This document shows, one piece after another, positions 12,901 to 25,335 of a DNA stretch of 64,000 bases. The translations under genes were made by a program, and so were the position numbers. This DNA comes from Octopus bimaculoides (Eukaryota): positions 43,861,791 to 43,925,790 of the forward strand of contig NC_068981.1 in the NCBI RefSeq assembly GCF_001194135.2, read 5' to 3'. The notes beneath the pieces are model-generated. The model saw only the letters and a list, made by a program, of their open reading frames with translations, had not been told where the DNA came from and ran no database searches. How positions within the stretch are numbered: position 1 is the stretch's first letter; each line of letters opens with the position of its first letter.

Positions 12901-12912
12901 ACGTGCGTGTGT
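12515..12912. repeat. Degenerate (TG)n minisatellite/microsatellite
   Basis: Directly visible; source of the C/V and H/T-rich spurious ORFs. Confidence 0.95.
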
Positions 12913-13109
12913 GGCTTTGTATTTGTTTTTGTATTGATATGTTTACAGCCTTGTAATTTAATGGTTCAGCAAAACGGAGAGTGACATAATATGTACAAAA
13001 CTCAGAATTAATGCTGTGGACGATTTAAGTGACTGAACCTTACAAGACAGTATGCCAACATGATTGACAGAAATAACAAAATAAATGAATATTTATTTGT
13101 CTCATGTCA

Positions 13110-13548
13110 ATCACTTAAAGTGGAAAGAAGTTATGGAAGAGGGAGACCCAGGAAGAGAGGGGACATAGTGTTTAAGGCTGATCTGAAAACACTGAATTGT
13201 ATGAAGGAGATACCAGAGGACTGAGATATGTGACACATTGCTGTACTCAAGAAGACCCACCTACCTGAACAGAATCGATATCCTAAAGCTAGGGTACCAT
13301 GTAAAAAAAGCATTGGTGTTGGTGCTGACGCCATGTAAAAAGCACTGATGGTGGTTCTATGTAAAACGCACCCAGTACACTCAGTAAAGTAGTTGGTATT
13401 AGGAAGGGCATCCAGCTGTAGAAATCAAACCAAAACAGACTATGGAACCTTGTGAGGTCCCTGGCTTTGCCAGTTCCTGTCAAGCTATCCAACCCGTGCC
13501 AGCATGGAAACAGACATTAAATGATGATTATGATGATGATGATGATGT
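13110..13548 (+). mobile_element. RTE-clade LINE 3' end (or RTE-tailed SINE) with (GAT)n tail
   Basis: GRGRPRKR..DLKTL..AVLKKT-like C-terminal reading, then CCATGTAAAAAGCA repeats, TTAGGAAGGGCATCCAGCTGTAGAAA, GCCAGCATGGAAACAGACATTAAATGATGAT tail. Confidence 0.75.
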
Positions 13549-13880
13549 ATAGTAAACAAGATTACAAATCCAAACCATGGTTTCATTCAAATGGCCTTTT
13601 GGCCAAGAGTTAAAGTTTGCAGATTCATAGGAAATAGCAATCAAATTCAACAGAAAAAAAAAACTTTTGTTGGATATATAGTCCTGTTTAATCTGCATAT
13701 GACAAAAAAATATATTAGAGTCTACAAACTTCTAAAACAAGGGTGTATTTATTGAATGTGAAAAAAATTTCTTGAACCACAGAAATATACAAAAGCAATA
13801 TATATATATAAATATGTTGATGATGATGATATATATATGTATATACCTTTATATATATATATGTATGTATNNNNNNNNNN

Positions 13881-13931
<51 letters not shown>

Positions 13932-14498
13932 ATAAAGACATATGTGCATGTGTGTGGTAGCCTTTTGTTCATGCATAGTTTCAGCATATTTGAATGCAAG
14001 GAGTAACTTTAATAAATTAATGAAATGAAAGATATGCATTTTTTTTTATTGTGTTCTTTCTTTTGTCTGGTTATTTATTTATTTTCATGTAACTCTTGAA
14101 TTCAGAATTACCAACCCATGTAGAAAACATTGAGCCAAAATATTGGAGATAGTGAAGAAAAGAAAATGAGAGAAAGGTGTAGGCAGAGGTAAAATGCTGA
14201 GAATGAATGCATAAGAAAAAACAAAATAAATAAATAAATAAATGAATATTGGTTATAAAGAAAAATGAAAAACACTAACAAAAGCATCGAAAACAATAGC
14301 AATGAGAACTACACTGCCTTAACAACAACAACAACAGCAAATGTAGTTAAATGTGCTAAAAGAACTAAAAAAAAAACAAATGATGTAAACATATACAAAC
14401 AAATATATAGATATGTGTCTGAATAAATTTAGTTAGATATATGTATAGTTGAATATCAGTCCGTATATACATAGACATTTATGTACACATACAGACAG

Positions 14499-14535
<37 letters not shown>

Positions 14536-14609
14536 CATACTATGGTACATGGTAGTGTACTTTTGCGATTTTACTTAGTTATTCATACATACATACATGT
14601 TATGTATAT

Positions 14610-14647
<38 letters not shown>

Positions 14648-14760
14648 ACACACACATTATCTATATTATACATATGTAAATAGTTGGGTAATTAAAATTG
14701 TAAAAGTACATCTACCTCTATTGGTATGTACATATACATGCACACATGCACACATACACA

Positions 14761-14806
<46 letters not shown>

Positions 14807-15007
14807 CACATACACACTGACACAAAAACCGATATTCATACTTTATATCCATTTCTTTACTGTTTTTAGTCACTGGACTGATGCCATGCTGTTGTATTGC
14901 CCTCAAGCATTTTGGTCGTGAAATCATACCTAGTCTGTTCCTTGGTACTAATTCTATTAACCACATTAATGTAAAGTTTTGAGTATGTTTGTGTGTGTGT
15001 GCGTGTG

Positions 15008-15052
<45 letters not shown>

Positions 15053-15127
15053 AATATAATAAGATATTGCAAAGTGTATTTGTTTTATACCCAGGCACAC
15101 ACACATACACTCCTGTATATATATGTG

Positions 15128-15533
15128 TGGAGCCTTGGGCAAGTGTCTTCTATTATAGCCTCGGGCTGACCAAAGCCTTGTGAGTGGATTTGGTTGATGG
15201 AAACTGAAAGAAGCCCGTCGTATATATATTTATATATATATATATAATTGTTAAACAGGACAGCAAATATTAAGGCAAGGCAAACATCTCAAGTCGTATA
15301 CAATATTATTATAGGAAGAAATTCTATAATAATATTGTATATGTCTTGAAATATTTGCCTTGGCGTAATGTTTGCTGTCCTGTTTAACAATTATATATAA
15401 TTGCTGCATTGGAAATCTGCAATGGCTCCATAACTACCATCTCAGCTATGACATTTGGAGCTCCAGTAATCTGTTACAGCACTTACCTGATGCACCTAAT
15501 TGTTTAGATCACCTTTGAACTAAACCCCCATAC

Positions 15534-15569
<36 letters not shown>

Positions 15570-15760
15570 TCCCTCCACCATCAGTTGACAACCGATGTTG
15601 GTGTGTTTGTATCCCCTTGACTTCACAGTTTGGCAGGAGAGACCGATAGAATAAGTACTAGGCTTACAATGACTAAGTCTTGGGGTTAATCTGTTTGACT
15701 AAAGGTGATGCTCCAGCATGGCTACAGTCAAATGACTGAAAAAATAAAAGAATAAAAAAA
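15128..15760 (+). mobile_element. CORE-type SINE split by insertions in its central microsatellite
   Basis: 5' half 15128-15222 (CCTTGGGCAAGTGTCTTCTATTATAGCCTCGGG) and 3' half 15540-15760 (GCTCCAGCATGGCTACAGTCAAATGACTGAAA) flank a palindromic MITE and ~135 bp of unrelated DNA. Confidence 0.75.
15241..15398. mobile_element. Palindromic MITE (TA-flanked, Tc1/mariner-type)
   Basis: TATATAATTGTTAAACAGGACAGCAAA... is the reverse complement of ...TTTGCTGTCCTGTTTAACAATTATATA; the inner arm TATACAATATTATTATAG pairs with CTATAATAATATTGTATA; spacer ~9 nt. Confidence 0.85.
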
Positions 15761-16204
15761 AGGAAAACACATGTTAGGTCTCTTTACAGTTAGAGTATTA
15801 AATTTCACTCATAATGCACTGGTCAACACAACACTCTGGTAGACAATACAGGTTGGAGTACTTGGGCAATGGAATTGGACCTTAAAACGATGTGGTTGCT
15901 AAGTGATCTTCCTAATCTCAAAATCATATATGTTACTGTTGTTAAACCTCAGAGTCAATAATAGCATAGCTAACAGGGGACAAGAGGTGTGACCACTCAC
16001 CTCAGAGCACATTTTTCAAAATTGGTACCTTTTATAAAATGTATAAACAATGAGCTAAAAATTGTTTGGTATGTGTCACATCTTTGCTTTTGCATGTGCA
16101 TGCTCACCCCAACTTTATAACCTGGCCATGCCCTTGCTCAGAATAACTCTGGCGGAGAAGACCTAAAACAATTAGGATCCATCATTTTAATGGGTATGCA
16201 ATAT

Positions 16205-16413
16205 TGGTGCAGATATGTTAGCATGCTGGGCAAAATGCCTAGTGGTATTTTGTCTGTTTTTACGTTCTGAATTCAAATTTTGCTGAGGTTGACTTTGCCT
16301 TTCAACCTTTTGGGGGTCGATAAATTAAGTACCAGTTGTGTACTGGGTTGATCTAATTGACTGGCCCCCTCCCAAAATATTTTGGACCTTGTGCCTAGAG
16401 CAGAAAAGAATAT
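16205..16413 (+). mobile_element. Nin/Deu-like tRNA-SINE
   Basis: GAGGTTGACTTTGCCTTTCAACCTTTTGGGGGTCGATAAATTAAGTACCAG block; AGCAGAAAAGAATATT tail. Confidence 0.8.
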
Positions 16414-17094
16414 TGGTACTATTTCATGTGCATACATATGGTTTTCTATACTTACAGTCAGAACTGAATGGCACAACAAAAAATAGTCTTGTTCCATAGA
16501 AAAAGGTTGTGGAGCAACCAGGATAATGGCACATACAATGACATGATATTCTGAATTGTGACTAAGCAATTTAGTTGAATAATGTTTGGAAAGCAGCTAA
16601 GAAATATTTTGTTATTCTTACAATTTATTTAACTCAATTCTAGCATAGAAACCTAAATGTTTAGATATTGACCTTAGTTTATCAAATGTTGCTTGTGTAA
16701 ATTGATATTAGTGAACAAACCCTAGAAATTATATTGAAGTTTACCTGGGAAGAATTACAAATAAAGTCATGATTCTATTAGCTTAAGTGAACCATAGCAT
16801 CTTTCAGTACACAGAAAAATGTAAAAATTTTGATTTGGCCATAACTGTTTTCCAGACTTGTCACCAATCTCTAAACCAATTGTTGTCAAATCAATATGGT
16901 TTAGCAAAGATGGTCAAGATTTGATGAAGGGGAAATTTACCATTTACTCTCAAAGGATAGAATTGAATGGTGCATATTCCTATGATTAGCCAAAGTTGTT
17001 GTGAGGGATTCTGGAAAGTAAATATTATCCCTTAGATGGTTATTCCATCTAAGGGATGTGTACAGATTACTCATGGAAAACAGAGAATCAATTA

Positions 17095-17777
17095 TTAGGT
17101 TGTTCCAAAAATAATGGCCACTCTAAGTGTTGTGTTTTGAAATGCAATTTTATCATAGTATTTTAATTATATTCTAGGTGAATTTCGACATACTTAATAA
17201 TTGATGTATGCTCTTTAATAATTTTCTACTTATTTTAGACAGAAAACATTTTTGAAGCATAGGTGCCCTTTATTATGAACATGACAAAAAAGGACCTTCA
17301 CCTACTTTTCTTGCATGAGTTCAAGCTTGGGCACAATGCCTACCAAACTGCTACCAATATCAACAGAGCATGGAGAGAGAGGTCCACAAGTGATCGCACA
17401 ATATGAAGGTGGTTTCAGAAATTCTGTTGTGGTGATGAGAGCCTTGACAATGTAGATGGTAGAGGATGGTCATGCAGCTTTGACAATGAACAATTGAAAG
17501 CAATTGTTGAACAAAACCTGTGTCAAAGTATCAGAGAAATGTCTCAGGCACTTGGTGTTGGTATTGAAATGGTCTCACATAATCTGCAGAAGATTGGTAA
17601 GGTGAAAAAGCCCAATAAATGGGTACTGCATGAGCTCAATGAAAATTAAAAGTTCGGCGTTTTGAAGTGTGATCGATGCTCTTTCTGTGAAAGACCAATG
17701 ATCCTTTTCTTGACTGAATAGTCACCTGTGACGAAAAGTGAATCCTTTATGATAACCGTAAGCGATCAGGTCAATGG
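17095..17777 (+). mobile_element. Mariner (Hsmar1/SETMAR-like) 5' half, pseudogenised
   Basis: TA + TTAGGTTGTTCCAAAAATAATGGCC left TIR; from ATG 17275: MNMTKKDLHLLFLHEFKLGHNA...RWFQKF..GDESL...KWVLHELNEN...IVTCDEK*ILYDNRKRSGQW, with stops and frameshifts; truncated after the first catalytic Asp. Confidence 0.9.
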
Positions 17778-17784
17778 AGTTGTA

Positions 17785-19660
17785 GCATTCAAATGAGCTA
17801 TGGATAGGAGAATGAAAGAGGAAAAGTTGTACTGTACCTTACCTTATCTTGACAATATAACTGGACACACACAAAGAGAGAATGACCAAAATGTAAAGGA
17901 ATTTCTGAAATTCCTTGGTTAGAGACACCTATGACTTAACAAATCAAAGAAAAGAAAATGCTGTGGATTTGATTAACGTCCTTGGATACTGTGTGAGGAA
18001 TGGCATTAATAAGCCAAATCTCAGGATTTGGCTTATTAATGAGATTTTTTCCTCACAGCAAAAAATTCCACATCCAGTAAATTTGCAATCCTTAAGTAGA
18101 GCACTAGGGACATTTATAAATTATGCTAAATGGATCCATGGGTCTGCTGATAAAATTTGGCCATTGATAAACACAAGTAAATTTCTATTGTTTAAAATGG
18201 CTTTGAGTGCCTTTAATTTATGAAAGAGGTAATTAGTGGAAGTCACTCTGCACTCAGTAGATGAAAACATACCCTTTGCTAGAGAATGTGATGTATCTGA
18301 TATGGCTATTTCTGCTATTCTTAGCCAAGGTAGATAGTCTGTAGCATTCATGTGAAAGACACTACAAGGAAGTGAATTGCACTGCCATTACTGTTGAGGA
18401 TGAAATGTCTGCCATTATAGAAATAGAGTGAAAATAGAACCATTATCTGGCAGAGTGCCACTTTAGCCTGGTCATTAATGAGATATCAATGGTCTTTATG
18501 ATATAGATAAAGAATGATTTCGATAAAGAATGCAAAGATTCAAAATTGAAGACTGGAACTTGCAGCATCAAGCTGCACAATGAAATATCATCCTGGTAGG
18601 AAGGATGTGGTCACTAACACATTTGCTTGTGTAAGCACCTGTTCAATTTTTCAATCTCCACACTTGATGACAGCCACAATGGACTATGATATCTAAGAAT
18701 AACTTGGCCACTAATTTTGTTAGAGCACGGTATCTCCCCTTCTTGACAGAAGATATGAAATTGATTTGTTCTTCTTATAGAGATCTGTGCTGAACTAAAA
18801 ACCTCTGTTCTACCACTTCCATCTCATCAGAAGGGACTCTTAACAAAGCAAAAGAGGCTGTAGAACAAGTTAGTATGAACTTCAATGGACCGTTTCCTAT
18901 TGTTTCAGAGTTCATATCTGCTTATGATTGTTGATGAATATTCATGATACCCCTTTGCTTTTACATACCTCTATATCCATATGACAACAGTAGTCAGATA
19001 TCTGGATTTCTTGTTCAGCTAATGCAGAGATGCCATATTATATATACATATCTGATCAAGACATTTCTTACATGTTTCCTACATATAGAGGGTGGTCCAT
19101 TTGGCCCTTGGAGAACATAATTTCTTTAAGAAGCATTGGAAATTGGTGCTTGCAGAGGCAATATACTCCCCCCAAAAACAGACACTACATGTCACGAATA
19201 TGTCTTTACATTTTACATTCCAGAGCCTCTCTTCCCATAAAAATGTGCTGCCCTCCAAGCAATTGACTCCAACACCAGTACTTTTAGTGAAGATCAGGAG
19301 AAATAACAAGAAAGAACCATTTGTAGATCAGGATCAACTCAAAAGTAATCCAACTTGAGCAAACATCAGATATCCAAAGGAGCAGGAGTCTACTGTTTCT
19401 GTTTCACGACTTGGCACCCTGTCCTGAAACCCAGACAATCCCATCTCTCCTATTGTGGAACAAAACAATGGTATTTTAACAGTAGCGGGACCAAATAAGA
19501 AAGATATGATATGCAATTGAGTGGAGAGAGGATGAAAGGCCACAGGGACTATGGAAATCAAGTTGTGAGCCAAAACCTCCCAACTGATATGGGTAGGAGG
19601 ATTCCCCAAAATTGTTTGACATTAGTAAAGATTTTGCTTTCTTTTCCAAGGGGGAAATTG
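17785..19660 (+). mobile_element. Gypsy LTR-retrotransposon pol fossil (RT end, RNase H, integrase, PPT)
   Basis: YLDNIT, INVLGY.V.NG, SLSRALG.F.NYAKWI, ECDVSDMAISAILSQG (RNase H), VDEYS..PFAF (integrase), IRYP..QESTVS..DLAP C-terminus; polypurine tract AAGGGGGAAA at 19648-19657. Many stops and indels. Confidence 0.9.
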
Positions 19661-20278
19661 AAATGTTACTATTGTTTCATGTCCATACTTGTGTTTTTCT
19701 ATTCTTAAAACCACATCTGAATGATACAAGAGAGTGTTGTTTAGAAAAGCATAGGAATAACACACACAGTGATGTAATAGTAATATTCCGAACAGTAATT
19801 AAGCAATTGAGTTGAATAAAATTTCGAAAGTAGCTACCAAAATTTTCATTATCACTACAACGTATTTATGACTAAATTATTTAATGGGTGTTTTGCATGT
19901 TAAAGATAGCAATGTGAAAATTAAAGCATGATTTGGCTGCTAGTTTAAGAAAGTTGAGTGATCAGGAAAGCTCGAGAGAGTCAATTGATCAGGAACATTC
20001 AGGAAAGCAGAATGATAACTGAGAAACTATCATCCATCCATTCCATCTCATTTCATCTTTAATGTCTACTTCTCCATGCCTAAATGGAGGAGTAGACATG
20101 GAATAGACGTGGAATAGATGTGAAATAGACACAAATTGTTGAGGCAACCCTCATTTGTTTCCAAGCAATGTAATTTCCCAACAGTTAATCATGGTTTATT
20201 TTTTGCCAGATGATAAGAAATGTGGTTCATTTATAGCTGTCATGTGATGTCAAGACAAAGACTCACACACACACATAT

Positions 20279-20313
<35 letters not shown>

Positions 20314-20484
20314 CACACAAATATATAACAGTCTTCTTTCAGTTTCTATCTTACAAATCCACTCACAATGCATCAGTGCACTGGTCGATATGCATCTATA
20401 ATACACATTCCCTAGATGCCATGCAGTGGGAGCTGAACTCAAACCCACATGTTTAGGAAACCAGGTAACCACCCCCACCATACT

Positions 20485-20725
20485 TATATATATATTCTTT
20501 TATTCTTTTACTCGTTTCAGTTATTTGACTCCAACCATGCTGGAGCACCACCTCAAAGGGTTTTTTAGTTGAACAAATGAGCCCCAAGACTTTTTTAAAG
20601 CCTAGTACTAATTCTATCTGTCTCTTTTGCCAAACTGCTAAGTTATGGAGATATAAACACACCAACACCAGTTGTCAAGCAGCGATAGAGGACAAACACA
20701 AACACAAAGACACACATACATACAT
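20485..20725 (-). mobile_element. CORE-type SINE 3' half
   Basis: TTTCAGTTATTTGACTCCAACCATGCTGGAGCACC...AAGCCTAGTACT...GTTGTCAAGC matches the 9205-9420 copy. Confidence 0.75.
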
Positions 20726-20754
20726 ACATATATATATACATATACGTATATATA

Positions 20755-21290
20755 CAAGGGTGAGTCAAAAGGTAATGCCATTTTGTTTAGGACAGGTATA
20801 ATTACCAACACAGGAACATGTGTCATACATCAAAATGAAGCTGGTCCTCTGCGGATCACATCCCTACTTCTCAACATAGTCACCGTTTTTCTCAATAGCA
20901 ATGTTTTACCTTCGAATGAGAACATGTATCCCTACCACGTAAAATTCTGTTGACTGTTCTTTGAACCAATTCTTCACTACAGTTTTCACTTACTCGTCAG
21001 TGGACTATCATCATCACTGGACTATTATCTCTCCTGTTCCATGAAAGAGGATTTGAAAGGCAAACATTATTCCAGTGATGAGGAAGTAAAAACTATAGTG
21101 GAGAAGTGGCTCAAAGAACAGCCAACAGAATTTTACGGGGCAGGGATACATGCTCTCATTCGAAGGTGGAACATTGCTCCACAGAGGACCAGCTTCATTT
21201 TGAGCTTCATTTTGATGTATGATACATGTTCCTGTGTTGGTAATTATACCTGTTCTAAACAAAATGGCATTACTTTTTGACTCACCCTCA
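20755..21290. mobile_element. Non-autonomous mariner derivative built from two inverted 3' ends
   Basis: TA-flanked; (C/T)(A/G)AGGGTGAGTCAAAA(G/A)GTAATGCCATTTTGTTTAG at both ends; both arms encode the transposase C-terminus in opposite orientation (plus: MKEDLKGKHYSSDEEVKTIVEKWLKEQPTEFY..GIHALIRRW; minus: VKTVVKNWFKEQSTEFY..GIHVLIRR*NIAIEKNGDYVEK*). Confidence 0.9.
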
Positions 21291-21718
21291 TATATATATA
21301 TATATATATAAAATTAGTAGGGTTAAAGGTTGGAATAACCACCTAAGGGATAAAATATCCGTTTTATTACTGGTATAATTACCGATGTTAACCCTGGACA
21401 TATATATGCAAGCATATTATGCTCATAGGTTACAGGCACTGTTAAAGGTAAACACGAGTTTATCCGGAATCAAATTTAAAGTAAACAGAAAAGAGAGAAA
21501 TATTGATCAACAACAATTCACTAACATCAATTATTACTTTTGGATACAAATAGATTGTATCCCATCTAACAGCTGTCTTTGCTTCCAATGTTCTCAATGG
21601 CAATACCATAGAACATTGGAAGCAGAAACAGCTGTTAGATGAAATAGAGTCTATTTGTATTAAAAAGTAACAATTGATGTTAGTGATAAATATTTCTCCA
21701 TTTTCTGTTTACTTTATA

Positions 21719-21737
<19 letters not shown>

Positions 21738-21759
<22 letters not shown>

Positions 21760-21912
21760 CGGACTTCTTTCAGTTTATGTCTACCAAATCCACTCACAAG
21801 GGTTTGGTCAACTCAAGGCTGTAGTAGAAGACACTTACCAAAGGTGCCATGTAGTGAGACTGAACCCAGAACCATGTGGTTTGGAAGCAAGCTTCTTACC
21901 ACACAGCCACAC
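21738..21912 (-). mobile_element. CORE-type SINE 5' half
   Basis: GACGGACTTCTTTCAGTTT...CCACTCACAAGG...AGAAGACACTTACCAAAGGTGCC...ACCACACAGCCAC, same family as 9500-9635. Confidence 0.8.
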
Positions 21913-23151
21913 TTGAAAATGTGAAAGAGAGAAATGAATAAATCCATTAATAATACTGACAAGTATACTTGACAGTATTTCGTGTTTACAGAACTAGCGA
22001 TGTGTTAATTTAAAGGAAATCATCACACTCCACAATATCATTTCTTTCTCTCTATCAGTGTTGTTTTATCTTTCCTGCTGTTTTGCATCCATTTTTATAT
22101 GCCAAGAATGAATGCAACGCTGTTTGATGGAGCTATTGTTTCTTCTTTCTTTACAGTTAGATTAGATATTGTTTCTATCACAAACTACTCAACTCAGCTG
22201 TGAAGTAAAAGTGGAAAATGAAAAAAGAATGCCTGTTGATTTGTGTCGCCAGGTGAACTGAAGCAAGTATTGCCATCTGCTCCACTAATGAGGCACAGCA
22301 CAATGGCTCTATTAAGCTCTGTTTGAAATGTTGACCATGTGGTCAGTCACAGTCAATGACATAGTATCATAACCTTGAAACTATTGAGAAAAAGAAACAC
22401 CCATAAATATTGATTCTATTTTTACCTGGAGTGCATGATAACATTCTGGTACATTAATTTACTTCAGTTTACTACTTGTATTGATTGGTGCCAACGAATG
22501 ATTATGTAATATCTCCATTTGCAAGAAAAAGCAACCAAATATCTCTCAAGTCACACCCTTCCATCTTAAATAAAGGAGACAACCTCCACCCTCCTACAAA
22601 AAAAAATCCCCAAAAAAACCAGGATTATCTTACAATACATTCACTTGAATAAAAGGTAGCATGATCATGGCTGTAATGCCTCTGATCATGGGTCTGCTCA
22701 GTTAGGGTTGACCTGTGGTTAAACAACTAGTATTGATTGTCTTGCTTACATAAAAGCTAAAACAAAGTATGGAGCTGGATAGCATGAACCATCAATTCTC
22801 ACATACTACTCTTTAAAATTCTCTCTAAAATAAAAAAAAAAAAAATTCGTAAGGTAGTATTTATTTTATTTGGTTAAAAACAAAATTATTTTATTAGCTT
22901 TAAAAAAATATTACGTTGAAAGAAAATTATTTTATTACACAAAAAGTAAAGCAAAATTTGGAGTTAAAAGAAAGACAAATAAGTGAATGAACATGACAAA
23001 ATAGCAATGAAGAGGTCTATAAAATTTTATAACTTAAGAATGTATAACAGAGAAAGTAAACAGCTTATAAATAATTAATAACAATTTAACTTGACTAGTG
23101 AGGAGAAACCTCTAATTGAAAAACAGAAACTTGGTTATTATTACTACTATT

Positions 23152-23205
<54 letters not shown>

Positions 23206-23899
23206 GCTGTTGTTGTCATCATCATCGTTGTCGTCGTCTTCATCATCACGAGTAATGTTATTGGTTTGTCATGCTCTGAAATGAATGTGTAGTGAGGAAA
23301 TTTCATTCAGTGGTATATTTTGATGGTGGTGGGCTTTTGCACTTGTACTCTCCCTAGTAAAATTACTAGTTTACTAGCCAAAGGGAAAATTGTTAAAAAT
23401 CACTTCGCAAGCATCATGGTGTTTATTTGGCACAGATACAGAATTCACTTATCTGCAAATAGATTGATCAGTAGTTTACAATGGGTTTTTTTCTTTTACA
23501 CTTTGTGGCATGTTAGAAAGCAAACAAAAAATTACTGGCTCACTTTGTATGGAAATTTAAAAATTACTGCAGTATTTCCCATGGGAAGTAAAATAATCCT
23601 TTAAAAATACTAAGTATTAGAGCAAAATATTCAGAAAAAAAATTCTAGAAAACTATTGTTTATTTTCTTTTGTTAATCATACTTTTGGATAACAAAATTA
23701 TGAATAACCATTTTTCTAAGACACTCAAGTATTAATATCAATTTTCTAAAGCCTAAAATTATATTTTTAAAAGTCTATAGTGTACTTGTTGAGAACCAAT
23801 GAACTGACAGTTAAATATCTATTTATTATATTCAGTTTTCAAACATATTACAATAAAATACTATATAACTTACAAAGAGGGTTCATTATTATCACCATC

Positions 23900-24110
23900 A
23901 TTTGATGTCTATCTTCCATGCTGGCATAGGTTGGATAGTTTGACAAAATCCAATGAGCCTGCATCAAGGTCCAGTGTTTGCACCAAGGTCTAGTGTCTGC
24001 TTTGGCATGGTTTCTATTGTTGGATGCACTTTTTAACACCAAACACTTTTACAGAGTGTACTGGGTGATTCTTTTCATGTCATACGCACTAGTGAGGTTG
24101 CCAAGTAACT
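23900..24110 (-). mobile_element. Degenerate RTE 3'UTR/(GAT)n-tailed repeat
   Basis: CTTCCATGCTGGCATAGGTTGGA...CCAAACACTTTTACAGAGTGTACTGGGTG matches the reverse complement of the 13330-13548 tail. Confidence 0.6.
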
Positions 24111-24493
24111 TTCAAAGCAAAGTAAAAGAAGAAAGAAGAATGGAGTTGCAGTAGAGGGTGAGGTGGCTTTATGTCAGATGTTAAGAGGCTAATATATAAT
24201 AGAAGGTTAGGTTCCACCTTACTAATACTCTGAAACACATTATGCATAAACTAAAATCTCAGTGAGAGTTAAGTTCTATATGATTCCTTATAGCTTCTGT
24301 AACAGATCTTTAAAAGAAGTGTGTTTGGTGTTTTATGTTATGCTATCAACATTAGAATGTTGTTCTTCTTGGGAATTTAGGGCTTTTTTGTTTTTACATC
24401 CTAAAGATTTTATTGATTTGATACCCAACAATCTTGCTCCTCTTCAAAATGTCTGTGCTATCATAATCATTTAGAAATGAAAATATATCACCA

Positions 24494-25335
24494 TCATTTA
24501 ACGTCCGCCTTCCATGCTAGCATGGGTTGGACAAATTGACTGAGGACTGGCAAATCAGAAGGCTGCACCAGGCTCCAATCTGATCTGGCAGAGTTTCTAC
24601 AGCTGGATGCCCTTCCTAATGCCAACCACTCCGAGAGTGTAGTGGGTGCTTTTACGTGCCACCGGCATGAAGGCCAGTCAGGTGGTACTGGCAACGGCCA
24701 CGCTCAAAATGGTGTATTTTATGTGCCACCTGCACAGGAGCCAGTTCATCGGTACTGGCAATGAACTCACTCGAATGTCTTTTCCTGTGCCACTGGTACA
24801 CAAGTGCCAGGAAGTCGACGTTGGTAACGATCACACTCAAATGGTGCTATTTACGTGCCACCGGCATGGAAGCCAGACAGCTGGTGCTCTGGCAAAGATC
24901 ACGCTCANNNNNNNNNNNNNNNNNNGTCCGCCTTCCATGCTAGCATGGGTTGGACAAATTGACTGAGGACTGGCAAATCAGAAGGCTGCACCAGGCTCCA
25001 ATCTGATCTGGCAGAGTTTCTACAGCTGGATGCCCTTCCTAATGCCAACCACTCCGAGAGTGTAGTGGGTGCTTTTACGTGCCACCGGCATGAAGGCCAG
25101 TCAGGTGGTACTGGCAACGGCCACGCTCAAAATGGTGTATTTTATGTGCCACCTGCACAGGAGCCAGTTCATCGGTACTGGCAATGAACTCACTCGAATG
25201 TCTTTTCCTGTGCCACTGGTACACAAGTGCCAGGAAGTCGACGTTGGTAACGATCACACTCAAATGGTGCTATTTACGTGCCACCGGCATGGAAGCCAGA
25301 CAGCTGGTGCTCTGGCAAAGATCACGCTCAGACGG
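24494..25335 (-). mobile_element. RTE 3'UTR/(GAT)n-tailed repeat, present twice across an 18-N gap
   Basis: 24503-24907 is identical by eye to 24926-25330 (offset 423); contains GCTGGATGCCCTTCCTAATGCC and TTTACGTGCCACCGGCA subrepeats. Confidence 0.85.

Noticed and set aside
12450-12937. His/Thr-, Cys/Val- and Tyr/Ile-rich ORFs here and throughout
   Set aside because: Translations of (CA)n, (TG)n and (TA)n repeats.
20090-20132. Four ~11-bp tandem units (GGAATAGACAT-like) suggesting a CRISPR-like array
   Set aside because: No spacers, eukaryotic context; a simple short tandem repeat. No CRISPR array is present in the window.
24503-25330. Exact 405-bp tandem duplication producing duplicated ORFs
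   Set aside because: The two copies are identical and abut an 18-N gap, the signature of unmerged overlapping contig ends in a repeat; most likely an assembly artefact.
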